Shown in pieces: positions 22,250-32,296 of a DNA stretch of 64,000 nt. Origin of the DNA: Nitrosopumilus sp. (GTDB lineage: Archaea; Thermoproteota; Nitrososphaeria; Nitrososphaerales; Nitrosopumilaceae). The notes below the pieces were generated by a model. The model worked only from the letters and a program-made list of their open reading frames with translations, had not been told where the DNA came from and searched no databases. Position 1 is the stretch's first letter. Every line of letters starts with the position of its first letter. The stretch covers positions 832,001 to 896,000 of the forward strand of contig OY763927.2 in NCBI GenBank assembly GCA_963667665.2, in the 5' to 3' direction. The position numbers and the translations under genes were made by a program.

Positions 22250-22445
22250 TACAAAGAAATTCCTTTGGATTTGGTTATAAATTTATGATATATGGAAGTT
22301 TTAGGAGAAAAATTTTCAGCAAAGTACATAATTTTCCTGTTTTTCACTTCAGGGTTTATCGCAATTAGATAGAACCCATTAGTACTACCTAATTTTTTAA
22401 AAAAATTGTGAGAAAGTATTAATTGGTTCACAGAATGAAACTCAT

Positions 22446-23264
22446 ATGCAAGAAGCAACAGTTGCACAAGAATCTAATAAAATATTTACCGATGTACGTG
22501 AAGTTGAAATTACACGTGCAATTGCAAATGAATTTCATGATGTATTAATTGATAGAGCAGAATCAGACGTAATCATTATTGGTGCTGGACCTGCAGGATT
22601 AACAGCAAGTAGAGAGCTTTCAAACATGGGTTACAAAGTTCTAGTTATTGAACAAAATAACTACCTTGGAGGAGGTTATTGGTTAGGAGGATACATGATG
22701 AATCCTGTCACAGTAAGAGAACCTGCACAAAAAATTTGGGATGAATTGGGAGTGCCATACAAAAAAGTTGCAGAGGGATTGTATCTAACGCCAGGGCCAC
22801 ATGCAGTATCAAAGTTAATTGCAGCTGCATGTGATGCAGGAGTAAAATTTCTTCAACTTACAAAGTTTGATGATTTAGTATTAAAAAATGGAAGAGTTAC
22901 AGGAATTGTAGTCAATTGGATGCCAGTTTCAGCACTACCACGAAACATTACATGTGTTGACCCAATTGCTTTAGAATCTAAAATAATCATTGATGCCTCA
23001 GGTCATGATTCTGTAGCTGTAAAAAGACTAGTTGATAGAGGACTAGCAAAATGGAAAGGAATGGAACCAATGTTTGTTAATGAGGGAGAAGAACACGTTG
23101 TTCATAAGACAGGTGAAGTGTATCCAGGATTAATTGCTGCAGGCATGTCAGTTACTGAAACACATGGACTAGCAAGAATGGGGCCAACATTTGGTTCAAT
23201 GTTATTCTCAGGTAAAAGAGCAGCAGAAATTACAGCAGAAAAAATCAAAGAGTTAGAAAGATAA
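22446..23264 (+). CDS. thi4: Thiazole synthase Thi4 (sulfide-dependent type)
   Basis: GAGPAGL, GGG.W.GG, DASGHD and RMGPTFGSM..SG motifs. Confidence 0.93.
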   Translation: MQEATVAQESNKIFTDVREVEITRAIANEFHDVLIDRAESDVIIIGAGPAGLTASRELSNMGYKVLVIEQNNYLGGGYWLGGYMMNPVTVREPAQKIWDELGVPYKKVAEGLYLTPGPHAVSKLIAAACDAGVKFLQLTKFDDLVLKNGRVTGIVVNWMPVSALPRNITCVDPIALESKIIIDASGHDSVAVKRLVDRGLAKWKGMEPMFVNEGEEHVVHKTGEVYPGLIAAGMSVTETHGLARMGPTFGSMLFSGKRAAEITAEKIKELER

Positions 23265-23288
23265 GCCATTAAAACGAATGGATCTTTA

Positions 23289-24065
23289 TTGAAAACTTGT
23301 AAAATAATTCTATATGATGAGCCTACTGTTCCTGAAATTCAATTAGAAAGATTAAAAAAATTTCTCAAAGAAATATTTTCAATTGAAATTGAGGTAAGAG
23401 AAAGCATATTTCAACATACAAATGATAACATAGCCAAAAAAATGGCATGTTGTAGAATTTTTAATTTAAAAAAACCTTTTGAAAAACATGTTCCATCTGC
23501 AGAAGACATACGAATTGAAAAAGAAAACAAAGACATGTCAGAAAAAAAAGAAATGACATTATATGATGGATTTGAATTTCATAATGTAATTAGTGAATTA
23601 ATCCCAAGCAATGAAAATAATAGTGATACACTACATATTGTTTTTACAAATAAACTTACATGTACATTTGATGAGAATGACTTTAGATATCATGCAAGAG
23701 CCATAATTGGTTCCAACCCTACAATAATTTCAACAACAGGAATGATAGAAGCACCAGCAAAACCAAAACAATACTATCTAGATTTAATGACAAATTTTTC
23801 TGAGAACAAAGTCGGAGAAATCAAGAAAAAATACAAAGGGGAATTTTTAGAATATCATGATTCACGAATATCAGAAATTACAGAGGGGTACCTATTGCAA
23901 GCCATAATTTATTATGAAACAGGAGAAGCATTTTGTGCACATAAAGATTGCAGATTATTTAATGCTCACTGGCAGAAAGATCTTTTTTTCTCACAATTAG
24001 AAAACAAAAAATTTTGTAAAAAACATCAAGAAATTTTAGATGAATTAAAAAATCCAAGTCATTAG
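23289..24065 (+). CDS. Archaeal putative metallopeptidase-like hypothetical protein
   Basis: RYHAR, EAPAKP and CRLFNAHWQ motifs. Confidence 0.65.
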   Translation: MKTCKIILYDEPTVPEIQLERLKKFLKEIFSIEIEVRESIFQHTNDNIAKKMACCRIFNLKKPFEKHVPSAEDIRIEKENKDMSEKKEMTLYDGFEFHNVISELIPSNENNSDTLHIVFTNKLTCTFDENDFRYHARAIIGSNPTIISTTGMIEAPAKPKQYYLDLMTNFSENKVGEIKKKYKGEFLEYHDSRISEITEGYLLQAIIYYETGEAFCAHKDCRLFNAHWQKDLFFSQLENKKFCKKHQEILDELKNPSH

Positions 24066-24137
24066 ATACAGATCTTATTTCTGAAATCTAAAGAGGATAT
24101 TGACTTAAATTATTGAAGCATGCGAATATGAATTATC

Positions 24138-25142
24138 ATGATGTCAGCAGATGATGGCGCAACAGTACTTGAAACAAAAGATGAAGGCCCAAAGATTCCA
24201 AATAATACAAAAACAAAATTTGATGTAGTAATAATTGGTGCAGGCCCTTCAGGATATACAGCAGGAATTTATTGCTCTAGAGCAGGTTATGATACTTTGA
24301 TTTTATCAGGAATACTACCTGGAGGACAACTAGCCAACACCACAGAAGTTGAAAACTATCCTGGATTTGAAAATGCGATAATGGGTCCAGATTTGATGAT
24401 TGACATGAGAAAACAATGTCAAAAAATGGGAACGACAATTATTGATGATGAAGCAGTTAACGTAGATTTTAGACGTAAACCTTACAAAGTTCTCACAGCA
24501 ACTGAAGAATACGAAGGACGTGCAATAATTATTGCAACAGGTGCAAATCCCAGAAAACTAGAATTAGAAGGAGAAAAGACATTTGCTGGAAAAGGTGTTT
24601 CATATTGTGCTACATGTGATGGCCCATTCTTTAGAAATCTAGAACTAATTGTTGCAGGAGGAGGAGACTCTGCAATAGAAGAAGCAACATTTCTAACAAA
24701 ATTTGCTTCAATGATTCATTTGGTTCATAGACGAAGTGAGTTACGTGCAAGTAAAGTAATGCAAGAAAGGGCATTTAACAATGAAAAAATAAAATTTCAT
24801 TGGGATTCGGCAGTAATTGACATCAAAGGAGACCAAAAAATGCAACAAGCAGTTCTAAAAAATCTAAAAACAAATGAAGAAACAACACTTGATGTTGGAG
24901 GTCTTTTTGTGGCAATTGGACACGTACCTAACACAGATCTATTCAAAGACCAGATTGAGTTAGATGATAATGGATATGTTGTGTTAAAGAATAAAACACA
25001 CACTAGCGTGGAAGGGGTTTTTGCTGCAGGAGATGTACATGATAGAAATTATAGACAGGCAGTTACTGCTGCAGGATATGGTTGTATGGCAGCAATTGAT
25101 GTTGACAAGTATCTTACAGAAAGTGCTGACAAACAAGAATGA
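24138..25142 (+). CDS. trxB: Thioredoxin reductase
   Basis: GAGPSG, VENYPG, CATCDG, GGGDSA and FAAGDV motifs. Confidence 0.97.
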   Translation: MMSADDGATVLETKDEGPKIPNNTKTKFDVVIIGAGPSGYTAGIYCSRAGYDTLILSGILPGGQLANTTEVENYPGFENAIMGPDLMIDMRKQCQKMGTTIIDDEAVNVDFRRKPYKVLTATEEYEGRAIIIATGANPRKLELEGEKTFAGKGVSYCATCDGPFFRNLELIVAGGGDSAIEEATFLTKFASMIHLVHRRSELRASKVMQERAFNNEKIKFHWDSAVIDIKGDQKMQQAVLKNLKTNEETTLDVGGLFVAIGHVPNTDLFKDQIELDDNGYVVLKNKTHTSVEGVFAAGDVHDRNYRQAVTAAGYGCMAAIDVDKYLTESADKQE

Positions 25143-25354
25143 AAAATGCCCAATGTAAAAAATGTTTGAATAAATTTTATGAAAAAGACATCTATACTAT
25201 TCAGCAATTTCAATACAGAAAAAAACCCACATACAAATGGACATTAGAATTTTTAAAAAAATTAGAAATTGATGAATGGGATTCATTTTGTGAGAAGTGC
25301 ATAATGTTTTATTCAAAAAAATCAAATGAGACTTGGGAAAAATCAAAGGTTTAA
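25139..25354 (+). CDS. Small hypothetical zinc-binding protein
   Basis: CKKC and CEKC pairs; ATGA overlap with trxB. Confidence 0.65.
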   Translation: MKNAQCKKCLNKFYEKDIYTIQQFQYRKKPTYKWTLEFLKKLEIDEWDSFCEKCIMFYSKKSNETWEKSKV

Positions 25355-25386
25355 ACTCTTCATTAAAAGTAAAGGTACTGAGTTTT

Positions 25387-25860
25387 ATGAGTGATAAGAA
25401 TGAAAATCTAAAAAAATCAGCTAAAACACATAGTGATAAACTAGCAAAATTAGGAATGGAATTATCTGAAGTCCAGTTCAGTTACAAGATAGAAGAAAAA
25501 CCCAGCAAAGAATATTGGCAAAAAAGAATTGATGATTTTAAAAAATATAATGAAATGGGAATGAAATATTATAATCAAGTATATTCTTTGATGAATTTAA
25601 TTAACAAGGAAGAAGCGCAAATATTTCTATTAAGTACCAGTAAATTTCATCAACTTGGATTAACATTAATTGAAATCATGGAAAAAATCAGAGAAAACCC
25701 ATCAATTGTAGATACTAAAGACAAACAGCAAAGTCGATGGAGCAGAAAACTCAGAGATCAAGTAACTGAACATGGAAACAAATGTCTCAGACTTGAAATG
25801 GATATTAACACATCATTTAGAGAATTTTATGAAAAACATCTAAAGAAAATTCTAGAATAA
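25387..25860 (+). CDS. Hypothetical helical protein
   Basis: Open frame; ATG at 25387 avoids overlap. Confidence 0.6.
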   Translation: MSDKNENLKKSAKTHSDKLAKLGMELSEVQFSYKIEEKPSKEYWQKRIDDFKKYNEMGMKYYNQVYSLMNLINKEEAQIFLLSTSKFHQLGLTLIEIMEKIRENPSIVDTKDKQQSRWSRKLRDQVTEHGNKCLRLEMDINTSFREFYEKHLKKILE

Positions 25861-25865
25861 CACAA

Positions 25866-26858
25866 TCAGTATGCCAATTCAGACATATGTTGGGCTTCTT
25901 TGAGGGCATTATCAAATTTTTGCTCAGTCATAACATTTTGTGTAGCATAAACACTCCTAAATTTTCGTCCATCATCAGCAAAAATTCCAACCACACATGC
26001 ATCTCCCTCAATAAAGTATTTTTTCATGCAGGCATAAACTGCTGCAGATGAAGGACTGATCAAAAGTTTTTCTTTTTCAAATACTTCTTTTACTACTGAA
26101 AATGCTTCTTTATTATCTACAGAGACCCAGTCATCAACAATATTTTCTCGTTTCAAAAATAAATCTGGTTTTGCAGATTCTTCAAAGTTTCTCCATCCTT
26201 GAATTAAATGATTTTGTTGTGGTTGACATCCAATTATTTTCACATCAGGGTTTTTTTCTTTTAGAAAAGCACCAATTCCAGTAATGGTACCGCCAGTTCC
26301 TACACCAGCAAAGAAATGAGTTACTTTTCCTTCAGTTTGTTTCCAAATTTCAGGACCTGTTCCAACATAATGTCCTTTGAAATTTGCTTCATTGGCATAT
26401 TGATTTGGAGAATAATATGTATCAGGTCTTGATGATGCGATAGATGTTGCAAGTGCAATACTTTGGTCAGTCCCAGCACCAACTTTTGGACACAAATCAT
26501 CACTTGTCTCAAATACTTTAGCGCCAAGGTTTCGGATTATTTCCTTTGTTTCATTACTAACTTTTTCTGGAATAACTATCTCAACTTTGTATCCCAACAC
26601 ATTGGCGATTCCAGTTAATGCGATTCCAGTATTTCCAGAAGTAGGTTCAATAATGATACTCTTTCCTTTTTTTAAAATTCCTCGTTCTTCACCATCTTTT
26701 ATCATCCAATATGCAGCTCTGTCTTTAACAGAACCAAATGGATTGTTACCTTCTAATTTTGCAAAATATTTAGTGTTATTATTAGAAAGAGAATCTAATT
26801 TCACAAGAGATGTGTTACCTACTCGACTTAACACATCTGTATCAGTAACAGTAGTCAT
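25866..26858 (-). CDS. PLP-dependent cysteine synthase family protein
   Basis: KLEGNNPFGSVKDR, EPTSGNTG and GVGTGGT motifs. Confidence 0.92.
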   Translation of the reverse strand: MTTVTDTDVLSRVGNTSLVKLDSLSNNNTKYFAKLEGNNPFGSVKDRAAYWMIKDGEERGILKKGKSIIIEPTSGNTGIALTGIANVLGYKVEIVIPEKVSNETKEIIRNLGAKVFETSDDLCPKVGAGTDQSIALATSIASSRPDTYYSPNQYANEANFKGHYVGTGPEIWKQTEGKVTHFFAGVGTGGTITGIGAFLKEKNPDVKIIGCQPQQNHLIQGWRNFEESAKPDLFLKRENIVDDWVSVDNKEAFSVVKEVFEKEKLLISPSSAAVYACMKKYFIEGDACVVGIFADDGRKFRSVYATQNVMTEQKFDNALKEAQHMSELAY

Positions 26859-26866
26859 AATTGTGG

Positions 26867-27103
26867 TTATTTCACCTTTTTAATTTGAAATGTTATTACA
26901 TTTCCATCTTTAGACATGTTGACTAATTCATGGCCAGTTCTTGTAACCCATCTTGAAATATCATCTTCAGCTGCTGGATCATCTGCAGAAACAATTAGAG
27001 TTTCACCAACTTGCATTCTTTCAATTTCAATTTTTGTTCTAAACACTGGTTCAGGACAAAACAATCCTGTTGCATCTAATTTTTTTTCAGTTGATTCAGA
27101 CAT
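26867..27103 (-). CDS. tusA: TusA family sulfur carrier
   Basis: LDATGLFCPEP...DDP...DI..W. Confidence 0.9.
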   Translation of the reverse strand: MSESTEKKLDATGLFCPEPVFRTKIEIERMQVGETLIVSADDPAAEDDISRWVTRTGHELVNMSKDGNVITFQIKKVK

Positions 27104-27203
27104 GATATCTAATTCACAAAGAGCGTTTTGTCATATTAAAATCTACTTCAATTTAACAAAGAGAGTAGCTACAGCTAACATGATCTTGAAATTGTTACAG
27201 GTT

Positions 27204-27320
27204 TCATTTCTTAGGTATCACCTTTTCATCTTTTGGTTTATGACATCCACAATTATAATAACAAATTGTACTCCCACTTCTACAACCACAAAATTCACAT
27301 TTTTTTTCTTTAGTTGCCAT
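27204..27320 (-). CDS. Putative Cys-rich metallothionein-like peptide (38 aa)
   Basis: MATKEKKCEFCGCRSGSTICYYNCGCHKPKDEKVIPKK; 6 Cys + His. Confidence 0.45.
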   Translation of the reverse strand: MATKEKKCEFCGCRSGSTICYYNCGCHKPKDEKVIPKK

Positions 27321-27476
27321 TATTCTTAAATCCTCAATAGGTACAAGTTTTTCTTCTTCATGTCCAACAATCAACTACGTCATGAAGTTAGTTAAAGATG
27401 ATCTTGAAATTTGAAATTGTTACAAAGCCGCAAAAGGGTCTGTGTTTTAGTTCAATTTAGCTTATCCTACTATTAT

Positions 27477-28391
27477 TTACAATGACATTTTGAACATAGT
27501 AGCAAGGTTTCTCTCTTTCATGAAACTTGGGTCCTTATTTTGGAAATTGATTTTTTGTGAAATTCGTTTCAGGAAGTAAAGCATAATTTTGTAACACATA
27601 AGCCACATAGGACTATTTGGATATGAATCATAAATTTTGAGTAATAGAGTAGAGAACCATTTTGAATGTGGATAATATTCAGAAATATAGTCTGCTATGT
27701 ATTCTCTCGAGGTGTTAATTTGGTATTTAAGATGGTCAAGCATTTCGTTTTCTAATGCATAACCAGTTTGAGAAATTTCAATTTTACCATGCTTCATTGC
27801 ATGTAAAATATCATCAAGATTATTTTCAGAATCAATAACATTAACACATCTGCCAAGAGTAGATAAGACATGTGAATCGCTACCTGCCACTTGAATCATC
27901 TTATTATCCAATGCAAATTGAGCTGCACGTGCATTAGATAGTAAATCAACATTGTTACTGTTAAAAACTTCAACCATGTCACATTTTTTGGCATTATCAC
28001 GTAACGCATCGATTAGACTAAATGGATGAGGAGCAGACGATACTCCACCTTGCTTTGATACTTCATCAATTATCTCTTCAAGAGAGATTCCGGCTGCAAT
28101 TGTATCATGAATTCCATATGCGAGAACATGTGCGCCAGTATCAGTTGTGATCTCCTCAGCTGGAAAGATGTCAATGTTTTTGAATTTGGCATGATCATTT
28201 TTGTATTCTAACAGCTGATCATATCCATCTAGAGTGTTATGGTTTGTAACAAAAATTGCATCTAATCCCAATTCATATGATTGTTCTAGTTGATCTCGGA
28301 TTGAAATATCACAATCATATGGTGGTTCCTTGTACCCAAGATGAAAATTTGAAAAGGAGTTGTGACAATGTAATTCAGTCTTTATTGACAT
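27477..28391 (-). CDS. PHP-domain metal-dependent phosphoesterase
   Basis: ELHCH, TNHN, EEI, H..AYG, APHP and GSDSH motifs. Confidence 0.88.
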   Translation of the reverse strand: MSIKTELHCHNSFSNFHLGYKEPPYDCDISIRDQLEQSYELGLDAIFVTNHNTLDGYDQLLEYKNDHAKFKNIDIFPAEEITTDTGAHVLAYGIHDTIAAGISLEEIIDEVSKQGGVSSAPHPFSLIDALRDNAKKCDMVEVFNSNNVDLLSNARAAQFALDNKMIQVAGSDSHVLSTLGRCVNVIDSENNLDDILHAMKHGKIEISQTGYALENEMLDHLKYQINTSREYIADYISEYYPHSKWFSTLLLKIYDSYPNSPMWLMCYKIMLYFLKRISQKINFQNKDPSFMKERNLATMFKMSL

Positions 28392-28447
28392 TTTTCACAA
28401 TAAATGCCCCTGTTTAGATTATAATCCTATTGAAAAAAATTTGAAGT

Positions 28448-29173
28448 TTATTTAAAAAGATCTTCATTTTCTGGGCGAATTAATTTATCAATCACATGAT
28501 CTTCCATCTTAAATGAATAATCACGGATTATTGCCACAGGGCATTTCAAGGCTTTTCCCATTACTAATTCAGCAGCAGCAGAAAGTTCATCAGCAACTGC
28601 GATTTCAGTGATACGTAAAATTTTTTCAAAAGAATCTAATGTTCCAGCATAATTTAAGATAGGATTCAACCCTGAAATTCCAATAGCACAGTTAGTTTGA
28701 CCCATTCTAAAAGGACGACCAAAGGTGTCAGAGATAATTACTGCCACATTTTTGTTTGTTTGTTCCTGGATTTTATTACGTATTGTTTGTGCAGAAATAT
28801 CAGAATTAATTGGAAGTAAAGTTGCATGCCCTTCTTTTACATTACTTTCATCTACACCAGCATTTGCGCAAATAGTTCCATTATTAGTCTCAACAATAAT
28901 AATTCCATTTTTCATTCTAACGATTTTTTTTGATTCTGATAAAATTAATTCAATGACTCTAGGATCTTTTTGATATTGAGAACCAATACCTTCTGATAAT
29001 AATGAAGGTATTACAGTTGACAAATCAACAATTCGTCCTTCTTGTTTTGAGACAATTTTTTGTGCTACAACAAGAATATCGTCATCACATATCTCAAAAG
29101 AATTTAAAATTAATTTAGAAATATCATCTAATGGTTCAATCTCTTTTTCAATGTATATTGGAATAATTTGCAA
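28448..29173 (-). CDS. cofE: Coenzyme F420-0:L-glutamate ligase
   Basis: KIVSKQEG, ANAGVDESN, DTFGRPFR.G and ADEL motifs. Confidence 0.95.
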   Translation of the reverse strand: MQIIPIYIEKEIEPLDDISKLILNSFEICDDDILVVAQKIVSKQEGRIVDLSTVIPSLLSEGIGSQYQKDPRVIELILSESKKIVRMKNGIIIVETNNGTICANAGVDESNVKEGHATLLPINSDISAQTIRNKIQEQTNKNVAVIISDTFGRPFRMGQTNCAIGISGLNPILNYAGTLDSFEKILRITEIAVADELSAAAELVMGKALKCPVAIIRDYSFKMEDHVIDKLIRPENEDLFK

Positions 29174-29206
29174 TTAAGATTACTAAAGAAAGGGACTAAA
29201 AAATTG

Positions 29207-29872
29207 TTATGCAGTAGTAGTTTCTAATTCCAACTTGAAGTGCTTGTTAATAATGTCCAAAATCTTGGATAGATCTTTTTCTTCCAAAATAGTGCTAGCT
29301 AAATCCTTGACTATATCTTGTGCCCGATAAGCAATGTTTAACCCACAAATATCAAATAATTTCACATCATTTGCACCATCTACAACACAAACAATGTCTT
29401 CTTTCTTCTCACCCCATTCTGCAATTTTTATTTTTGCAGATTTTGCTTTATTAGAATCAACATTAATTTTTACACCATCAAGTTTTCCATCTTTGAATAT
29501 TAATTCATTAGAAAAAACATAATCAAGGTCTAATTCTTTTTGTAATCTTTCCATCATCAGAGTAAAGCCACCAGATATTGCCATGAGTTTCCATCCAGCA
29601 GCTTTTAAGACTCTACAAGCTTCCTTTGCGCCAGTCATGATTGGTAATGAATCAGCTACTTCTTGACAAGTTTTTTCATCAAGTCCTTTCAAAGCAGCAA
29701 CTCTAGTCTTAAGTCCTTCTTCCCAATTGATTTTTCCTTGAATTCCTTGTTTAGTAATTTCCCAAATCTCATCTTCTTTGTTGAGTTTTTCTGAAAGAAT
29801 TGGAAGGTATTCTTCATCATACAAAACACCTTCAACATCAAAAATTACTAGCAATTGGTTTCTAATTTGCAA
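29207..29872 (-). CDS. serB: Phosphoserine phosphatase (HAD)
   Basis: FDVEGVL, SGGF and DGAND motifs. Confidence 0.88.
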   Translation of the reverse strand: MQIRNQLLVIFDVEGVLYDEEYLPILSEKLNKEDEIWEITKQGIQGKINWEEGLKTRVAALKGLDEKTCQEVADSLPIMTGAKEACRVLKAAGWKLMAISGGFTLMMERLQKELDLDYVFSNELIFKDGKLDGVKINVDSNKAKSAKIKIAEWGEKKEDIVCVVDGANDVKLFDICGLNIAYRAQDIVKDLASTILEEKDLSKILDIINKHFKLELETTTA

Positions 29873-30007
29873 AAAAATTACTAATTATATTAATCTAAGT
29901 TTATTGACCAACCTAAGTAGGCATTTTAGATCGGCATATTTCAGTTTTTGTTAATTTTTAGCATGATGGATATTCTACCAAACACCTAGATCATCTAAGA
30001 GTAGTTA

Positions 30008-31069
30008 TCAAGTTGGAACTAAGTAAAGTCTTTTTAATTTTTTTCCTTTTGAATTTAAAATTGTTCTAATTAATTCAACTAAATTCTTTCCTGCAAATTC
30101 AGAAAGAGAACTAAAAATTAAACAATAATTTTTTCTATCTAATTTTGTACGTTGGCTGATATTACCAAACATTTTTTCACCAATTATAACATCACAATAA
30201 GGAAGAGCCGTTGCAAAATGACAAATATCATAATAATCGTTTTTTTTCACCGTTCTTTCTTTAGAAGATTTATCACGAGTGTAGCTTAATTCAACAAACG
30301 CATCTAATGAAGGCATTTTAGACAACATATCATTCATTTCTTTTTTATCACTTAGGAATAATTTAGGATTAATTTTGTGTTCTAAGAGAAATTCGCTTAA
30401 TGTAGGAACAACTAATTTCACGAACCATTTTAGTTTTGTATATTTATCATAAGTGGTGTCAGATACTTCATCATAATGATTTATTCGATCCCTTTCAATG
30501 GTAGTAGATAATTTTTCGATATCGTGATCAATAGTTTTGGCAAATGAAATTGGAAATTCATCTTTAAACATGACTTTCATATGTTCCGTATTTTTGTCGG
30601 ATTCTTCAAATATTTTAGTAGCATTTTCAATTTCTTCTGGTGATGAAGTACTTTCATCTTTAGGCACTATGGTGTGAGAAATGTTTGGAAAAAGATGATC
30701 AAATCGATTTGTAAGTAATTTGTCGTAGAGATTATAATATGAATTATTTTTTATTTTTCGAAAACAGACATTCAGGATCTCATATTTAAAATAGAAATCA
30801 ATTTGTCTGAAATACCATCCATTAGATGTGTCAATCATAAAATCTATTATTTCATTCCGTCGTTGTATGTTTTTATATTTTAACAATTCAAAATAATTAT
30901 ATGCAGAAAATGGAATTTTTATACGATTACCATCTCTTAATTTAATTAAATTTTTATATAATTTTTTTACAGAATCATTATTTTTTTGTCCTTTAATTAT
31001 ATCGAATAATTCAATCCAATGATTCGTATCAAGATAAATACGCGGCATAATCATTTCATTAGGATCCAA
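30008..31069 (-). CDS. PIN-like domain hypothetical protein
   Basis: IYLDTN, S...FEL and NDYYD..H...ALPYCD.II.EK acidic motif set; very AT-rich; first accessory gene. Confidence 0.6.
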   Translation of the reverse strand: MDPNEMIMPRIYLDTNHWIELFDIIKGQKNNDSVKKLYKNLIKLRDGNRIKIPFSAYNYFELLKYKNIQRRNEIIDFMIDTSNGWYFRQIDFYFKYEILNVCFRKIKNNSYYNLYDKLLTNRFDHLFPNISHTIVPKDESTSSPEEIENATKIFEESDKNTEHMKVMFKDEFPISFAKTIDHDIEKLSTTIERDRINHYDEVSDTTYDKYTKLKWFVKLVVPTLSEFLLEHKINPKLFLSDKKEMNDMLSKMPSLDAFVELSYTRDKSSKERTVKKNDYYDICHFATALPYCDVIIGEKMFGNISQRTKLDRKNYCLIFSSLSEFAGKNLVELIRTILNSKGKKLKRLYLVPT

Positions 31070-31220
31070 TCTAGTTCACTTAGATTTTAGATATTCAATC
31101 AAGCCAATAATTCTATTGATAGATTCTTACCTGTAAACAATAAATTTGTGAGATACAAATCAAATCAGTGTCTACAGATATACAAAAATATTCTGATATT
31201 AGAAAAACATAGTTAGGATA

Positions 31221-31388
31221 TTATCTCCCACAATTTTCAAAATCAGGAAATACGAAAACTTCATGATTTGGTAAATCAATAATGTAAAATGCAATACAAA
31301 ATATCCAATTTGCTGCATTACCCATAATCACAAACAAGCCTCCAAAAATTAAACCAGAAACCATTAGAATTAGATAAATTGTTTTCAT
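31221..31388 (-). CDS. Small membrane protein (MKT-start family), 55 aa
   Basis: MKTIYLILMVSGLIFGG...ENCGR; starts just after the stop of the upstream gene. Confidence 0.55.
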   Translation of the reverse strand: MKTIYLILMVSGLIFGGLFVIMGNAANWIFCIAFYIIDLPNHEVFVFPDFENCGR

Positions 31389-31389
31389 T

Positions 31390-31755
31390 TTAACATCTTA
31401 GCCTGTCATTGTAATCCATTCCAAAAAACCTCAATATTTCAGATTCCCAACAGGAAAATATTCCAGTGATAAAAAGTACAAAAATTATAATGCCAACTAC
31501 AAAAATACAGTATGTAATTTTCCATTTTTTATCTTTCTTTTTGAAAGTTATTGGCAGAAAAGCAATACTTACAAAATAGATTAACCATAAACCGATCATT
31601 GCATAATTTTGAGTTACAACTGATAAGATTCTCTGTGGCTCTGTAAACCCCATTAGTAATGGCACTAATGTGAAAAATGCCACTCCTAGAGATAGAATGC
31701 CTACGATTATTGCATTAGTTAAAAATAAAATATTTACTTTGTATCTAGTTTTCAT
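31390..31755 (-). CDS. Membrane protein (MKTR-start family)
   Basis: Three hydrophobic segments; ATGA overlap with the upstream gene. Confidence 0.7.
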   Translation of the reverse strand: MKTRYKVNILFLTNAIIVGILSLGVAFFTLVPLLMGFTEPQRILSVVTQNYAMIGLWLIYFVSIAFLPITFKKKDKKWKITYCIFVVGIIIFVLFITGIFSCWESEILRFFGMDYNDRLRC

Positions 31756-31982
31756 TTATTCCCAACATTTTTTAGCGTCATTCGGTGATAGAGTTTTTTT
31801 GCAATACCAATACCCAACATTGACCATCCACCATACAAAATAATCATTGGAATAACATCATTGTAAGGTATCAAACGAACATCAATTAATCGAAAAACAA
31901 CAGAGAAAATGAATAACAAAACAGAGCCTAAAATAATTAGACATGTAGATAATGATGGTTTTTTCAAAAGTCTAGTTTTCAT
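31752..31982 (-). CDS. Small membrane protein (MKTR-start family)
   Basis: Two hydrophobic segments. Confidence 0.65.
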   Translation of the reverse strand: MKTRLLKKPSLSTCLIILGSVLLFIFSVVFRLIDVRLIPYNDVIPMIILYGGWSMLGIGIAKKLYHRMTLKNVGNK

Positions 31983-32220
31983 ATTCCCCTCTTACAAACG
32001 CCAGAAACATCTTGTTTGCTTCTTGCATTGATTGCTCATCGGGTTGTTCAGGATAAGAATAAGCATTAAGATGAGTTAGTATTTCAGCAAAAACTACACC
32101 AAGACAAAACGCTCTGGATAATTCAGGGATTTGATCAAATTGTAAAGTTTTAAGAATTGAAATATTTCCCTTGAGCATGTGGTTTACACTCTTGTAATCA
32201 TTTAGTATTTGATTGATCAT
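31972..32220 (-). CDS. Hypothetical protein or fragment
   Basis: 82 aa; ends ...EN* inside the ATGAAAACTAG junction. Confidence 0.45.
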   Translation of the reverse strand: MINQILNDYKSVNHMLKGNISILKTLQFDQIPELSRAFCLGVVFAEILTHLNAYSYPEQPDEQSMQEANKMFLAFVRGEYEN

Positions 32221-32296
32221 ATATTACATAATATGACAAAGATAGTGTAATTGCAACAGATATTCCAATAGTGATTATTTTGTATCTAGTTTTCAC
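32198..32296 (-). CDS. Short or truncated MKTR-start peptide (32 aa)
   Basis: GTG AAA ACT AGA...: MKTRYKIITIGISVAITLSLSYYVIYDQSNTK; GTGA overlap with the upstream gene. Confidence 0.4.
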   Translation of the reverse strand: MKTRYKIITIGISVAITLSLSYYVIYDQSNTK

